NCBI GenBank assembly: GCA_964421085.1
Contig: CAYQVO010000003.1
Location: 52,424 to 116,423, forward strand
DNA from: an uncultured Bdellovibrionales bacterium
GTDB taxonomy: Bacteria; Bdellovibrionota_C; UBA2361; CAYQVO01
DNA: 64,000 nt
Reading direction: 5' to 3'
The notes beneath the pieces were generated by a model. The model worked only from the letters and a program-made list of their open reading frames with translations, had not been told where the DNA came from and did no database searches. This document shows, piece by piece, positions 1 through 9,633 of the stretch. Made by a program: the position numbers and the translations under genes. Numbering within the stretch: position 1 is the first letter of the stretch; each line of letters opens with the position of its first letter.

Positions 1-917
1 AGCGCCGCCCGTGCTTCCGAAGTGGCGTTGAGATCCAGAGCCGTCTCTATCCGCAGTCCGTCGTTTTCAAGATCATAGTCCTTCCATTTGTCGAGAAAGA
101 CTCGATACACCTCGTCGACATAGTAGTGAGCCTCGAAAATTTTCCGGGGCGACTCTCTGTACATCTCGAGCTTCTCTTTAAGCGCCTGATCCGCCTCACC
201 GGCGCTTATAAACCCGGCCTTTACCATCTGTTCCAGCACATAACGCTGCCGGCGTTTGGCCCGCTGATAATTCTTGAGCGGGGAGAACTTGCTCGGCGCC
301 TTCGGCAGACCCGCAAGCATTGTCGACTCGGCGAGATTCAGCTGGTTCAGCTCCTTGTGATAATACGCTCTCGCGGCGGCCTTAACTCCGTATGCCTGGT
401 TGCCGAAAAAAATCTGGTTCAGGTAAATTTCAAGAATTTCATCTTTGGTCAGGCGCTTTTCAATCTGGTAGGAAAGAATCGCCTCTTTAATTTTTCGTGC
501 TATCTTTTTTTCCGGGCTCAAAAGAAGATTTTTGACCACCTGTTGAGTGATTGTCGATCCTCCCTGTTTGGTTTCGCCTGATCTCATATTCGCGATGAAC
601 GCTCTCGCTATGCTGAAAGGATCGAGACCTGGGTGGCTGTAAAACGCAGAATCTTCCGCGGCGATGAACGAGTTGCGGACCACCGGAGGCACTTCGGAGA
701 GTTTTACCGGGTAACGTTTCTCCTTCCAGAACTCCGCGACCAGTTTGCCGTCTTCAGAGTACACGGACGATACAAGCGGAGGCTTATAGTCGTCGGCGCT
801 GAACAGTTCAGGGAGATCACGGGTGATGTAATAGTATCCCCAGACGGCAAAGACTACGGATGTCGCCCCGAAAAGGAGCGCAAGGAAGAAAAGTACTATG
901 AAGATTTTTTTGAACAT
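1..917 (-). CDS. mrcA: Class A penicillin-binding protein (PBP1A-like), N-terminal part only; the gene continues beyond the window start
   Basis: Reverse-strand translation from the ATG at 917..915 gives MFKKIFIVLFFLALLFGATSVVFAVWGYYY (a TM anchor). GT51 transglycosylase motifs follow: EDSAFYSHPGLD, QGGSTITQQ, ILEIYLNQIFFGNQAYGVKAAARAYY. The stop codon immediately upstream makes this the first in-frame ATG. The ORF track omits this gene because it is truncated at the window edge. The forward ORFs at 126..581 and 633..935 are antisense artefacts. Confidence 0.85.
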   Translation of the reverse strand, partial: MFKKIFIVLFFLALLFGATSVVFAVWGYYYITRDLPELFSADDYKPPLVSSVYSEDGKLVAEFWKEKRYPVKLSEVPPVVRNSFIAAEDSAFYSHPGLDPFSIARAFIANMRSGETKQGGSTITQQVVKNLLLSPEKKIARKIKEAILSYQIEKRLTKDEILEIYLNQIFFGNQAYGVKAAARAYYHKELNQLNLAESTMLAGLPKAPSKFSPLKNYQRAKRRQRYVLEQMVKAGFISAGEADQALKEKLEMYRESPRKIFEAHYYVDEVYRVFLDKWKDYDLENDGLRIETALDLNATSEARAA

Positions 918-996
918 TCGCCGGAATCAGGATAGCAGATGAGACTGCCGCCAGCTATGGCAGCTTGACAATTTCCCTGAACTTCAGCCTGCCGCT

Positions 997-1587
997 CTAC
1001 AACACTTCGCACGCTTCTTCGAACTCCAGCCTCGGGTTCCTCGGATGAAGCTTCGACGAATCGCCGTGTCCCATGTTGCACAGGAAATTGCTCTTGATCT
1101 TTCCGCCCGGGAAAAATTCAGCATCAACCATCTCAGTGTCAAAACCTGACATGGGACCGCAGTCAAGGCCGAGCGAGCGGGCAGCTATTATCAAATAGGC
1201 CCCCTGCAGCGAACTGCTCCGCAACGCTGTCTCCTGAATGAGAGGCTCGTTTCCCGCAAACCAGGATCGCGCATCCACTTGAGGGAAAAGGCGCGGAAGC
1301 TTCTCATAAAATTCGAGGTCATAGCCGACTATCGCTGTGACGGGAGCTTTCATCGTCTTCTCCACGTTCCCGGGAGCAAGCGCAGGACGCAGCCGTTCCT
1401 TCGCTTCAGGACTCTTCACAAATATTATCCGTGCCGGGCTGCAGTTTGCGCTGGTAGGGCCGAATTTCATCAGATTGTAAATGGCCCGAAGCTGATCGTC
1501 CGTTACCGGCTTATCCAGCCAGGCTGAAAATGTCCTTGCTTCCTGAAATATGAGTTTCAAGTCATCTGTATCGAGTGTTTTTTTCAT
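997..1587 (-). CDS. Nitroreductase-family protein (RutE/YdjA-like NAD(P)H-dependent reductase)
   Basis: [57 protein letters not shown] is a typical nitroreductase-fold N-terminus. The start was moved to the ATG at 1587 (MKKTL), which has a GGAGGGG Shine-Dalgarno sequence, rather than the track start at 1617. Confidence 0.7.
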   Translation of the reverse strand: MKKTLDTDDLKLIFQEARTFSAWLDKPVTDDQLRAIYNLMKFGPTSANCSPARIIFVKSPEAKERLRPALAPGNVEKTMKAPVTAIVGYDLEFYEKLPRLFPQVDARSWFAGNEPLIQETALRSSSLQGAYLIIAARSLGLDCGPMSGFDTEMVDAEFFPGGKIKSNFLCNMGHGDSSKLHPRNPRLEFEEACEVL

Positions 1588-1670
1588 GGCGTTCCCCTCC
1601 CTGCTCAGGAAAAACATAGCCTGATATCAGGCACTTTGTCCAATTCTCCTGTGCCTGTTACTATCGCCTG

Positions 1671-2987
1671 ATGTCTAAAACGCTCTCCCGCCGACACTTC
1701 CTCAGAATGCTCGGCGCTTCAGTACTCGGACTTGTTTTTTTTCATCAGATCGGACCGGTCAGGGCATTCGCAAAAAAGGCAGGGAAAAGATTCTACGGCT
1801 TCGGCGCCCGCGCTCGAGGAGGAAAGGGTCCCGGCGGCAGGACCGGGTCTGTTTATACTGTGACGACTTTATCAGACGGCGGACCTGGATCTCTTCGCGC
1901 GGGAATAGAGCAGCGGGGCCCCCGTACTATTGTTTTTTCCGTTTCAGGAGCCGTCAACCTCCGGAAACCTCTCATAATAAAAGAACCTTTCATAACGATC
2001 GCGGGCGAAACCGCGCCGTCACCAGGCATCGCCGTCATGGGTGACACATTGGAGATTGCAGCAGGCGAAGTCATAATCACTCATCTTAGAATTTTCGTGG
2101 GCGATCGCAGAAACAATTCAAAGCCTGCGTGCCGTGACGGTATCCGCATTGTGAGAACATCGCAGGCTGTGCGGAATATTGTGATTGATCACTGCACGAT
2201 CTCCGCGGCAATCGATGAAAGCGTAAGCACTTCCGGGAAAGTCTCGAACATCACGATAAGCAACTGTATAATCGCCGACGCATTGAACGACTCTCTTCAC
2301 CCGAAAGGCCCTCACAGCAAGGGAATCCTGATAAACTTCGGCGCCCGGAAAATTTCACTGCTGCGCAACCTTCTTGCGAACAATTTCGATCGGAATCCCA
2401 GAATCATGCCGGGAGCGTCGGTGGAGTTCGTAAACAACCTGGTCTACGGCTGGGGCGGAGATTCGGGCTGGTCTTTGTTCAATGTCTCCGGCGAAAGGCC
2501 CCGGCGGACCGGTACCAGATGCAACATAATCGGAAATGTTTACAGAGCCGGGCCTGACGGAACATCCGACAGCCTGATTGTGTATCCGGAGGGCATTCCG
2601 AAGGGAACGCGCCTCTATCTCACGGGAAACAAGGGTTCAGTGCATGCTGCTGAGTATGTCGATTCGGAGTTTGCTTCGAATATTCCCGTGCTTCGCATTC
2701 CCGACATCCCGATCCTTTCGGCGGCAGATACTTATTCGCGCATTCTCAAGTATTCGGGGGCAAGACCGTCCGAATCGCATCCATCAGATATGGAGCTGCT
2801 GAAAGGCGTCATTCTGAGGACCGGTTTTATAAAGGACAGGACAGGCAAAGGACGTCGAAGCACCGGCGGATACCCTGTAATGGCCTCCAACCGGCATCGC
2901 GCTTCGCATTCGCCGCAAAACCCCGGTTCTCAGCTCACGAACCTCTCACGAAGAGTAGAAGCGCCCCGAAGAATGGAAGGGATCTGA
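1671..2987 (+). CDS. Tat-secreted pectate lyase, polysaccharide lyase family 1-like β-helix protein
   Basis: Twin-arginine signal SRRHFLRMLGASVLG. PL1 signature motifs are present: IVIDHCTIS (vWiDH) and FDRNPRIMPGASVEFVNNLVYGW (the R-x-P-R-x-R...NN.Y pattern). The C-terminal ~80 aa are low in information and the true stop is uncertain. Confidence 0.6.
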   Translation: MSKTLSRRHFLRMLGASVLGLVFFHQIGPVRAFAKKAGKRFYGFGARARGGKGPGGRTGSVYTVTTLSDGGPGSLRAGIEQRGPRTIVFSVSGAVNLRKPLIIKEPFITIAGETAPSPGIAVMGDTLEIAAGEVIITHLRIFVGDRRNNSKPACRDGIRIVRTSQAVRNIVIDHCTISAAIDESVSTSGKVSNITISNCIIADALNDSLHPKGPHSKGILINFGARKISLLRNLLANNFDRNPRIMPGASVEFVNNLVYGWGGDSGWSLFNVSGERPRRTGTRCNIIGNVYRAGPDGTSDSLIVYPEGIPKGTRLYLTGNKGSVHAAEYVDSEFASNIPVLRIPDIPILSAADTYSRILKYSGARPSESHPSDMELLKGVILRTGFIKDRTGKGRRSTGGYPVMASNRHRASHSPQNPGSQLTNLSRRVEAPRRMEGI

Positions 2988-3048
2988 CAATCGTGATATT
3001 GTCAGCCGGTTATATTCCCTGCTTTACCCGATTTGCTCACCCTCCGGC

Positions 3049-5595
3049 ATGAATATGGAACAGGAAGAACCAAAAACTTATTACGACGAAAATCTTGCGC
3101 CGGCTGACGGATCCGTCCGGAAAACCGAGGCGCCGGCAGTTATTGTGGAGGATGACCGGACCGGAATGAGTCCGGAAACTTTCAAGCGCGCATTTCTCGA
3201 TCACCTGAAATGTTCGCTCGGCACCGATCTGAAACACGCGTCCTTAATCGATATATACCACGCGCTTTCCTACGTCGTACGCGACCGCCTCATGGACAGA
3301 TGGATCAGGACGGCGCGCATTGCGCGGGCGCAGAAAGCAAAGATGGTTGCCTACCTCTCTGCTGAGTTTCTCATCGGACGGCAGCTCGGGAACAATCTTT
3401 TCAACGTGAACTGCTTCAAACCCGCGAGGCAGGCCCTGGAAGAACTTGGAATCAATATTTACGACATCCTCGAACAGGAAAAGGAGCCCGGCCTGGGCAA
3501 CGGCGGACTTGGAAGACTCGCGGCATGCTTTCTCGACTCTCTTGCCACCTTGAACATTCCATCAATAGGCTACGGCATCCGATACGAGTTCGGGATATTC
3601 GAACAGGCGATAGTCGACGGATGGCAGGTGGAACGGCCCGACAAATGGCTGCGCTTCGGAACCCCCTGGGAAGTAATAAGACCTCAGCTCACGGTCGAAG
3701 TCTCTTTTGGAGGACACGTAGAAGATTTCACCCAAGACGGACATACGAAACGAAGGTGGGCGCCTTCGCAGACAGTCCTCGGCATACCTCACGACACAAT
3801 GGTCCCGGGGTTCAGCACCAATATGGTCAACACCCTTCGGCTCTGGGCGGCGGGAACAAGCCAGGACTTTGATTTCGACATCTTCGACGCGGGCGATTAT
3901 ACACGGGCAGTAGCTGAAAAGACTTTCTCCGAAAACATCTCGAAGGTTCTTTACCCCAATGACAATACCGTGCAGGGACGGGAACTTCGTCTCAGGCAGC
4001 AGTTCTTTTTCGTCTCCTGCTCGCTGCAGGACATGATAAGGCGTCACAGGGCGAGAATCGGCCCGCTTGATAACTTCCACGAATACAACGCGATTCAGCT
4101 CAACGACACGCATCCTGCAGTCGCGGTTGCCGAGCTTATGCGCCTGCTTGTCGACGTTCACGGCCTTGAATGGAACAAGGCCTTTGAAATAACGACAAAG
4201 ACTCTCGCATACACTAACCACACGCTTCTGGCGGAAGCCCTCGAGTGCTGGCCGGTAGATCTTTTCGGCTCGCTGCTCCCGCGTCATCTCGAGATTATCT
4301 ATGGAATCAACCAGCAGTTCATCGACGGCATTCGCGCGAAATTTCCGGGCGACGATGCCCGCATCGGACGAATGTCCATTATCGAAGAGGGGGAAACGAA
4401 GCGGATTCGAATGGCCCATCTTGCGACAATCGGCGGGCATTCAGTAAACGGAGTCGCGGCTCTGCACTCCGATCTGCTGAAGCGCCGGCTCTTGAGGGAC
4501 TTCTACCAGTACTGCCCTGAAAAATTCAGCAACAAGACAAATGGTGTGACTCCGCGCCGCTTCCTCATGCTGTGCAATCCCAAGATGAGCTATCTTATTA
4601 CCGAGATGATTGGCAAAGACTGGGTTCGTGACGCGGAAGAACTGAAAAGACTCGAAGAGCACATGAGCGACCCCGGATTTCTCGCGACATGGCAGGTATT
4701 CAAGGAAGAGAACAAAGCAGACCTTGCGGCCTATATTCAGCACTACAACGGGATCTCCGTCCCGGAAGAATCTCTCTTCGATGTCCAGGTCAAGCGTCTG
4801 CACGAATACAAACGTCAACTGCTGAATGTGCTCCACATAATAGCGCTCTACAACCGCGTCAAGGCTCACCGGAATCTCTCTATCCAGCCCCGCACGTTCA
4901 TTTTCGGCGCAAAGGCCGCACCAGGCTATGCGATGGCAAAACTCATTATAAAGCTCATTAATTCCGTCGCTGATGTCGTGAATAACGACGCCGATGTCCG
5001 AGATCAGATCAAAGTCGTGTTCCTTAGAAACTTCTGTGTCTCGCTCGGCGAGCGGGTTTATCCGGCAGCTGACGTATCGGAACAGATTTCGCTTGCGGGA
5101 AAAGAAGCTTCCGGAACCGGCAACATGAAATTCGCTTTGAATGGCGCGGTTACGGTTGGAACGCTTGACGGGGCCAACATCGAAATACGGGAGGCGGTAG
5201 GCGCCGAGAATTTCTTCCTGTTCGGCCTCACAGTAGAGCAGGTTGAGGAAATCAAGGCGGGCGGATACCAGCCGCGGGAATGGTACGAACGAAATCCGGA
5301 ATTACGAAGTGTTATTGATTCTATCTCCAGCGGCACGTTCTCCAGAGGTGACCGGGAACTTTTCAAGCCAATCGTCGACTCGCTGTTGTGGAGGGACGAA
5401 TACCTGACGCTCGTGGATTTCCAGCCTTATGTGAACTGCCACCATGAAGTTGCGGAAGCGTTTCAGGACAAGCAGCGCTGGACCAGAATGTCCATATTGA
5501 ATACGGCGCGGTGCGGCCGCTTTTCTTCTGACAGGACGATTCAGGAGTACTGCAGTGATATCTGGGGAGTCAGGCCGATTGAGGTGGAATTGTAG
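3049..5595 (+). CDS. glgP: Glycogen/α-glucan phosphorylase
   Basis: 848 aa. The pyridoxal-phosphate lysine motif EASGTGNMKFALNGA is present and conservation runs the full length of the protein. Confidence 0.9.
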   Translation: MNMEQEEPKTYYDENLAPADGSVRKTEAPAVIVEDDRTGMSPETFKRAFLDHLKCSLGTDLKHASLIDIYHALSYVVRDRLMDRWIRTARIARAQKAKMVAYLSAEFLIGRQLGNNLFNVNCFKPARQALEELGINIYDILEQEKEPGLGNGGLGRLAACFLDSLATLNIPSIGYGIRYEFGIFEQAIVDGWQVERPDKWLRFGTPWEVIRPQLTVEVSFGGHVEDFTQDGHTKRRWAPSQTVLGIPHDTMVPGFSTNMVNTLRLWAAGTSQDFDFDIFDAGDYTRAVAEKTFSENISKVLYPNDNTVQGRELRLRQQFFFVSCSLQDMIRRHRARIGPLDNFHEYNAIQLNDTHPAVAVAELMRLLVDVHGLEWNKAFEITTKTLAYTNHTLLAEALECWPVDLFGSLLPRHLEIIYGINQQFIDGIRAKFPGDDARIGRMSIIEEGETKRIRMAHLATIGGHSVNGVAALHSDLLKRRLLRDFYQYCPEKFSNKTNGVTPRRFLMLCNPKMSYLITEMIGKDWVRDAEELKRLEEHMSDPGFLATWQVFKEENKADLAAYIQHYNGISVPEESLFDVQVKRLHEYKRQLLNVLHIIALYNRVKAHRNLSIQPRTFIFGAKAAPGYAMAKLIIKLINSVADVVNNDADVRDQIKVVFLRNFCVSLGERVYPAADVSEQISLAGKEASGTGNMKFALNGAVTVGTLDGANIEIREAVGAENFFLFGLTVEQVEEIKAGGYQPREWYERNPELRSVIDSISSGTFSRGDRELFKPIVDSLLWRDEYLTLVDFQPYVNCHHEVAEAFQDKQRWTRMSILNTARCGRFSSDRTIQEYCSDIWGVRPIEVEL

Positions 5596-5643
5596 CTTCG
5601 CCCTGTCGTTGACTCAGACCATCCCCCGGATCGGCGCGATTCT

Positions 5644-6063
5644 CTACTCACGGTGCAGGAGTCTGGAAATATCCTTCCTCAACTTTGCCGGAAAATTCTG
5701 TTTTCGCACACCGCACTCCCATACGACCAGTATCTTCCATCCGTCGCGCTTCAACACGCGCTTCACCTTTTTGTCCCGCTCGAGGTTATTCCTGAATTTC
5801 ATCTGCCAGAAGTGAACGCGGCTTTTGGGTTCATAGGCAAAGCGGCACCCTTTATGCCGGTGCCAGAAACAGCCGTGCACAAAAATCGCGAGCCTGTGCC
5901 GGGGCAGGACGATATCGGGTGAACCGAAGACATTCCCCGGATGAAGACGGAAACGGTAGCCCATCGAGTGGAGAGTCGACCGGACGAACAGTTCGGGCTT
6001 CGTGTGCTTCGACCGGATCCTCGACATATTCCAGCTGCGATGCTCTTTTGTGAGACTGTCCAT
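5644..6063 (-). CDS. vsr: Very-short-patch repair endonuclease Vsr
   Basis: 139 aa. [17 protein letters not shown] and HGCFWHRH match Vsr family motifs (compare E. coli RSKNMRAI...HGCFWHHH). Confidence 0.85.
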   Translation of the reverse strand: MDSLTKEHRSWNMSRIRSKHTKPELFVRSTLHSMGYRFRLHPGNVFGSPDIVLPRHRLAIFVHGCFWHRHKGCRFAYEPKSRVHFWQMKFRNNLERDKKVKRVLKRDGWKILVVWECGVRKQNFPAKLRKDISRLLHRE

Positions 6064-6128
6064 GGAAATTTCTTTTCTTACGCGCCGACTGGTGCCATTA
6101 TGTCAAAAAATGTCCCCCCGGTGAACCT

Positions 6129-7457
6129 ATGGCTGCAGGAAAGACGAATAGTTTCAAGGAGCTTCGGCTGCGTCTCGGCCTCTCCGCTGAGGAGGTCGCT
6201 GAAATAACTGGTTATAACCTGAGAACTGTTTATCGCTGGGAAAACGGAGAGACCAGTCCGCGCACGGCTGTTACGGAGCTGCTCAGAAAAAAACTCCAGG
6301 ATCTGATTGTCTCAGCGGGCAAAAGCGCCCATTTCACCTTTATCGATCTCTTCGCGGGAATAGGCGGAATGCGGATGGGATTCGAAGCTGCAGGCGGAAG
6401 ATGTGTTTTTACAGGCGAATGGGACTCCTCCTGCCTCCTGACATACAGGGCAAACTTTCCCGGAGACGAGCCGGTCGCGGGCGACATTACGATGGTTCCG
6501 GAGGAAGAGATCCCTTCTCATGATGTCCTTCTTGCCGGATTTCCATGTCAGCCGTTTTCACTCGCCGGTGTCTCGAAGAAAAACTCGCTCGGCCGAAAGC
6601 ACGGTTTTCTCTGCGAGTCGCAGGGGACTTTATTTTTCGATGTCGCGCGAATAATCGCGTTCCACCGGCCTGAAGCGTTCCTTCTCGAAAATGTCAAAAA
6701 CCTTGTCAGTCACGACAAGGGAAACACATTCCGCGTAATTCGCGAAACTCTCGGTGATGAACTCGGATACCATATAAGCTGGCGCGTCATTGACGCAAAG
6801 GGATTTGTGCCGCAGCACAGGGAGAGAATCTTCATCGCCGGGTTCAGAGAAGACACGGGTTTTGATCTGGCCGACCTCGAACTCCCGGATCCCGTATCCG
6901 GTCCCCGCCTGTCATCAGTGCTTCATCGCGAGGACGGCTCCGAACGGCCGGAAGAACCTTATACTTCAGGTCCGATGGCGGAGGTAAATGGGAAGTATAC
7001 GCTTTCAAAAGCGCTGTGGGATTATCTGAAAGCATATGCCGTCAAACACAGGATGAAGGGAAACGGGTTCGGGTATGGCCTGGTGACGCCAAATGACGTC
7101 GCCCGCACCCTTTCCGCCCGCTATTACAAGGACGGCTCTGAAATTCTCGTGTCACGGGGCAGAAAAAATCCACGGAGACTCACCCCAAGAGAGTGCGCAA
7201 GGCTGATGGGGTTCGACATGCCCGGGCGTGCGCCGTTCAGGATACCGGTTTCCGATACCCGCGCCTACAGGCAGTTTGGAAACGCCGTGGTGGTTCCTGT
7301 GGTTGAAGCGATTGCAGGGGAAATGAAGCCGTACGTTCTCGGCGAAAAACGAACGCCCCGAACAGTGCAGCTTCCTCTGGGAATCGGCGAAAGACTGGCC
7401 CCGCCAGACCCGTCATTGCGAGGGCGCTCCTCTGCTTCGCATTCGCACAACTTCTGA
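6129..7457 (+). CDS. dcm: DNA (cytosine-5)-methyltransferase with a fused N-terminal XRE-type HTH domain
   Basis: C5-MTase motifs: [49 protein letters not shown]. The N-terminal ~60 aa ([30 protein letters not shown]) form a helix-turn-helix. The gene is divergent from vsr with a 65-bp intergenic region. Confidence 0.85.
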   Translation: MAAGKTNSFKELRLRLGLSAEEVAEITGYNLRTVYRWENGETSPRTAVTELLRKKLQDLIVSAGKSAHFTFIDLFAGIGGMRMGFEAAGGRCVFTGEWDSSCLLTYRANFPGDEPVAGDITMVPEEEIPSHDVLLAGFPCQPFSLAGVSKKNSLGRKHGFLCESQGTLFFDVARIIAFHRPEAFLLENVKNLVSHDKGNTFRVIRETLGDELGYHISWRVIDAKGFVPQHRERIFIAGFREDTGFDLADLELPDPVSGPRLSSVLHREDGSERPEEPYTSGPMAEVNGKYTLSKALWDYLKAYAVKHRMKGNGFGYGLVTPNDVARTLSARYYKDGSEILVSRGRKNPRRLTPRECARLMGFDMPGRAPFRIPVSDTRAYRQFGNAVVVPVVEAIAGEMKPYVLGEKRTPRTVQLPLGIGERLAPPDPSLRGRSSASHSHNF

Positions 7458-7477
7458 GAATCAAGCCCGTGGCAATC
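7457..7477. repeat. Copy A of a 21-nt perfect direct repeat, AGAATCAAGCCCGTGGCAATC (copy B is at 14520..14540)
   Basis: The repeat starts on the last base of the dcm stop codon and sits between convergent dcm and the GT4 gene. Homology continues imperfectly downstream (CGGATCGCCGG here, TCAATCGCAGCGG in copy B), giving roughly 26 identical positions over about 31 nt. Confidence 0.8.
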
Positions 7478-7488
7478 CGGATCGCCGG

Positions 7489-8844
7489 CTACTGCACCTC
7501 GCCGGCGACAGTATCATCCTTCCTCGGAAGATGCTGTCCGGTCATGTTGCCGTTAACGCCGTTTCCGTTTTTCCGGACGCCCTTAACGTGGCCCACTTCA
7601 AGAGATGCTTCAACCGCCGAGGTAACGATCGACTTCACAATCTGCGCAGACGAATGTTTCCGTTCCGCATGAGGGACCAGCTCACGGTAAACATCTTCTG
7701 TCTGCTCGGCGATTTTATCCCAGCTGTATCCATAGGCTGCGCTGACCCGGCCTCTTTCGCCCATCCACTGGGCATGTCCAAAGTCGCTGAAGATCTGGCA
7801 GATGCCCCACGCAATCGAGCCGGGATTATCATAAACAAGATATCCATTGTATCCGTGCTGAATTATTTCCCGCGGCCCGCCGTTATGCGTGGCGATAACA
7901 GGCTTGCCCGCGGCCCACCCTTCGAGCAGCACTATTCCAAAAGGTTCGTTGCGGCTCGGCATGCAGACCGCATCGCAGCTTCTGAAAAGACGGATGAGAG
8001 AGCCATCGCCATTGCTGCTCATGGAGCCGAGGAAACGGACAGCATGCATTACTCCAAGCTGATGAGCCCGCCTCTCCAGATCATGGCGCATATGTCCGTC
8101 GCCGACGATCATGAATTTCGCGTCTCCACGCGCCTTGAGAACATAAGGGACGGCTTCCAGCAGAAGGTCGGGTCCCTTCTGCCAGTCAAGACGGCCTACA
8201 AAAAGAATCGTGGGATCAAGCGGGCCGATACTGTAGCGCCTGCGCACTTCCTCCGGGTCGACTTGTATATCGAAACGGTTGCAGTGCACGCCGTTTCGCA
8301 CCGTTCGAAGTTTCCAGTCGGGAACCTGGTAGAGCCACTTCACTTCATCGGCAAGAATACCGGAGACGGCAATCACACGATCTGCGCAATATGCCCCCTC
8401 AGCCTCGAATGCCCGGACCCTTGCGGACGGGCCGTTATGAATTCTGTTCCCGCAACGCCCGTACTCTGTGGAGTGAATTGTATAAACTGTCTTCCTTCCG
8501 CGGTTGTTCTTCGCCTGGACAACCCCTTTTGCGCACATCCAGTCGTGACCGTGAATAATATCGAATGGACCTTCCTTTGCTTCGACTTCACCCAGGAACC
8601 ACATGAAGGCGTTGCACATGTTGTTCATCTCCGTCACGAAGTCCGGATGAATCTGTATTGGACACCTGTGATAATGAACGCCGTCGATTAGATCGTAATT
8701 CTTCTGCCCCTGCCCCGTTCTTACGAAAACATGAACATCATGGCCCCTCCTCTGGAGTGCGGCGGCAAGCTCGGTGACATGCTGAGCGATTCCGCCCACT
8801 GCAATGGAGTGAAGGCTTTCCCAGGACAGGAAGGCAATTCTCAT
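7489..8844 (-). CDS. GT4-family glycosyltransferase (glycogen/sucrose-phosphate-synthase-like retaining GT)
   Basis: MRIAFLSWESLHSIAVGGIAQHVTELAAALQRRGHDVHVFV is a typical GT-B N-terminus. The C-terminal EX7E-type region is LLEGWAAGKPVIATHNGGPREI. The start was moved to the ATG at 8844 (a GAGG Shine-Dalgarno sequence sits upstream) from the track's upstream alternative at 8979. Confidence 0.7.
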   Translation of the reverse strand: MRIAFLSWESLHSIAVGGIAQHVTELAAALQRRGHDVHVFVRTGQGQKNYDLIDGVHYHRCPIQIHPDFVTEMNNMCNAFMWFLGEVEAKEGPFDIIHGHDWMCAKGVVQAKNNRGRKTVYTIHSTEYGRCGNRIHNGPSARVRAFEAEGAYCADRVIAVSGILADEVKWLYQVPDWKLRTVRNGVHCNRFDIQVDPEEVRRRYSIGPLDPTILFVGRLDWQKGPDLLLEAVPYVLKARGDAKFMIVGDGHMRHDLERRAHQLGVMHAVRFLGSMSSNGDGSLIRLFRSCDAVCMPSRNEPFGIVLLEGWAAGKPVIATHNGGPREIIQHGYNGYLVYDNPGSIAWGICQIFSDFGHAQWMGERGRVSAAYGYSWDKIAEQTEDVYRELVPHAERKHSSAQIVKSIVTSAVEASLEVGHVKGVRKNGNGVNGNMTGQHLPRKDDTVAGEVQ

Positions 8845-9210
8845 CAGACTATTCCTCGAAAAATCGCTTAAACACTTTTCCCAATCCCCACGCTTTTCCA
8901 CAAGGCTGGGGTGAATATGAAGCCTCAAGAAAAAACAAACTTGAGGCTGGACTTCAAGTTCTTCATTAATTTCAGGCACTTCTTCGGCGCACCCGTTTGT
9001 TTGATTACAGAAGGGGCTCGACCGATTCGAAAGATTTCTTGAAAACTGCTGAAATCTTCAGATGGCGCGTCCAGCAACAAAACATCACGGGGAGACATCA
9101 AATGGTCCGGAGTTGCGCCCGTTGGCGGCTTTGCAGATTATCAGATGAAGTGCCCGGGAATTCAAGTGGAGGAGGAACAAAGCCCGCGCACTCTCTTTAC
9201 GCGTCGCAAT

Positions 9211-9618
9211 CTACATAAACCCCGCCGATTTCAGAAATTCTCCGTATGCTTTGTCAGCCCCGAGAATATGCTCGACTATTTCGTCGCGGATGCCGGCCAG
9301 GCCGTCAATCGTAAGTGTCGTCTCTTTCGACCTGCGCCCCGCATCAACAGTCTCCAGACGGTTCAGAAAATTCGCGTGATCTCTCTTCTGCTTGTCGAGA
9401 CCGATGTAATTATGTTTCAAAAGCAGGCTTTCTTCCGACCTGACGTGTTTCCTGTACGCGCTGAAAAGAGCGGCGAAGCGTTCATAAACATCTCCGCCGC
9501 CTCCTTCAACAGCCGCAGCCAGCCCGTTCATAATCTCAAAAATTTCTTTATGCTCTTCGTCGAAGATCGGAATACGAGTGACATACTTCTCCGACCACCG
9601 GCAAAATAATTCATCCAT
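9211..9618 (-). CDS. Hemerythrin-like metal-binding protein
   Basis: 135 aa. The expected His/Glu/Asp ligand spacing is present: FDEEHKEIFEIMNGL...KHVRSEE...HANF...DEIVEHILGADKAYGEF. It is the last gene of the ABC-2 / GldG-like operon. Confidence 0.65.
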   Translation of the reverse strand: MDELFCRWSEKYVTRIPIFDEEHKEIFEIMNGLAAAVEGGGGDVYERFAALFSAYRKHVRSEESLLLKHNYIGLDKQKRDHANFLNRLETVDAGRRSKETTLTIDGLAGIRDEIVEHILGADKAYGEFLKSAGFM

Positions 9619-9633
9619 CGGATCGGCCTCTGT

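Noticed and set aside
126-935. Plus-strand ORFs 126..581 and 633..935
   Set aside because: They lie antisense to a clearly conserved class A PBP gene (GT51 motifs) on the minus strand. The high GC content explains the open frames.
5644-7477. vsr-dcm as a mobile cassette flanked by the 21-nt repeat
   Set aside because: Only one repeat copy abuts the cassette, at 7457. The other is 7 kb away on the far side of a different gene block. There is no integrase or transposase.
7531-8691. 386-aa plus-strand ORF
   Set aside because: Antisense to the GT4 glycosyltransferase, which has strong family motifs. It has no Shine-Dalgarno sequence or motifs of its own.
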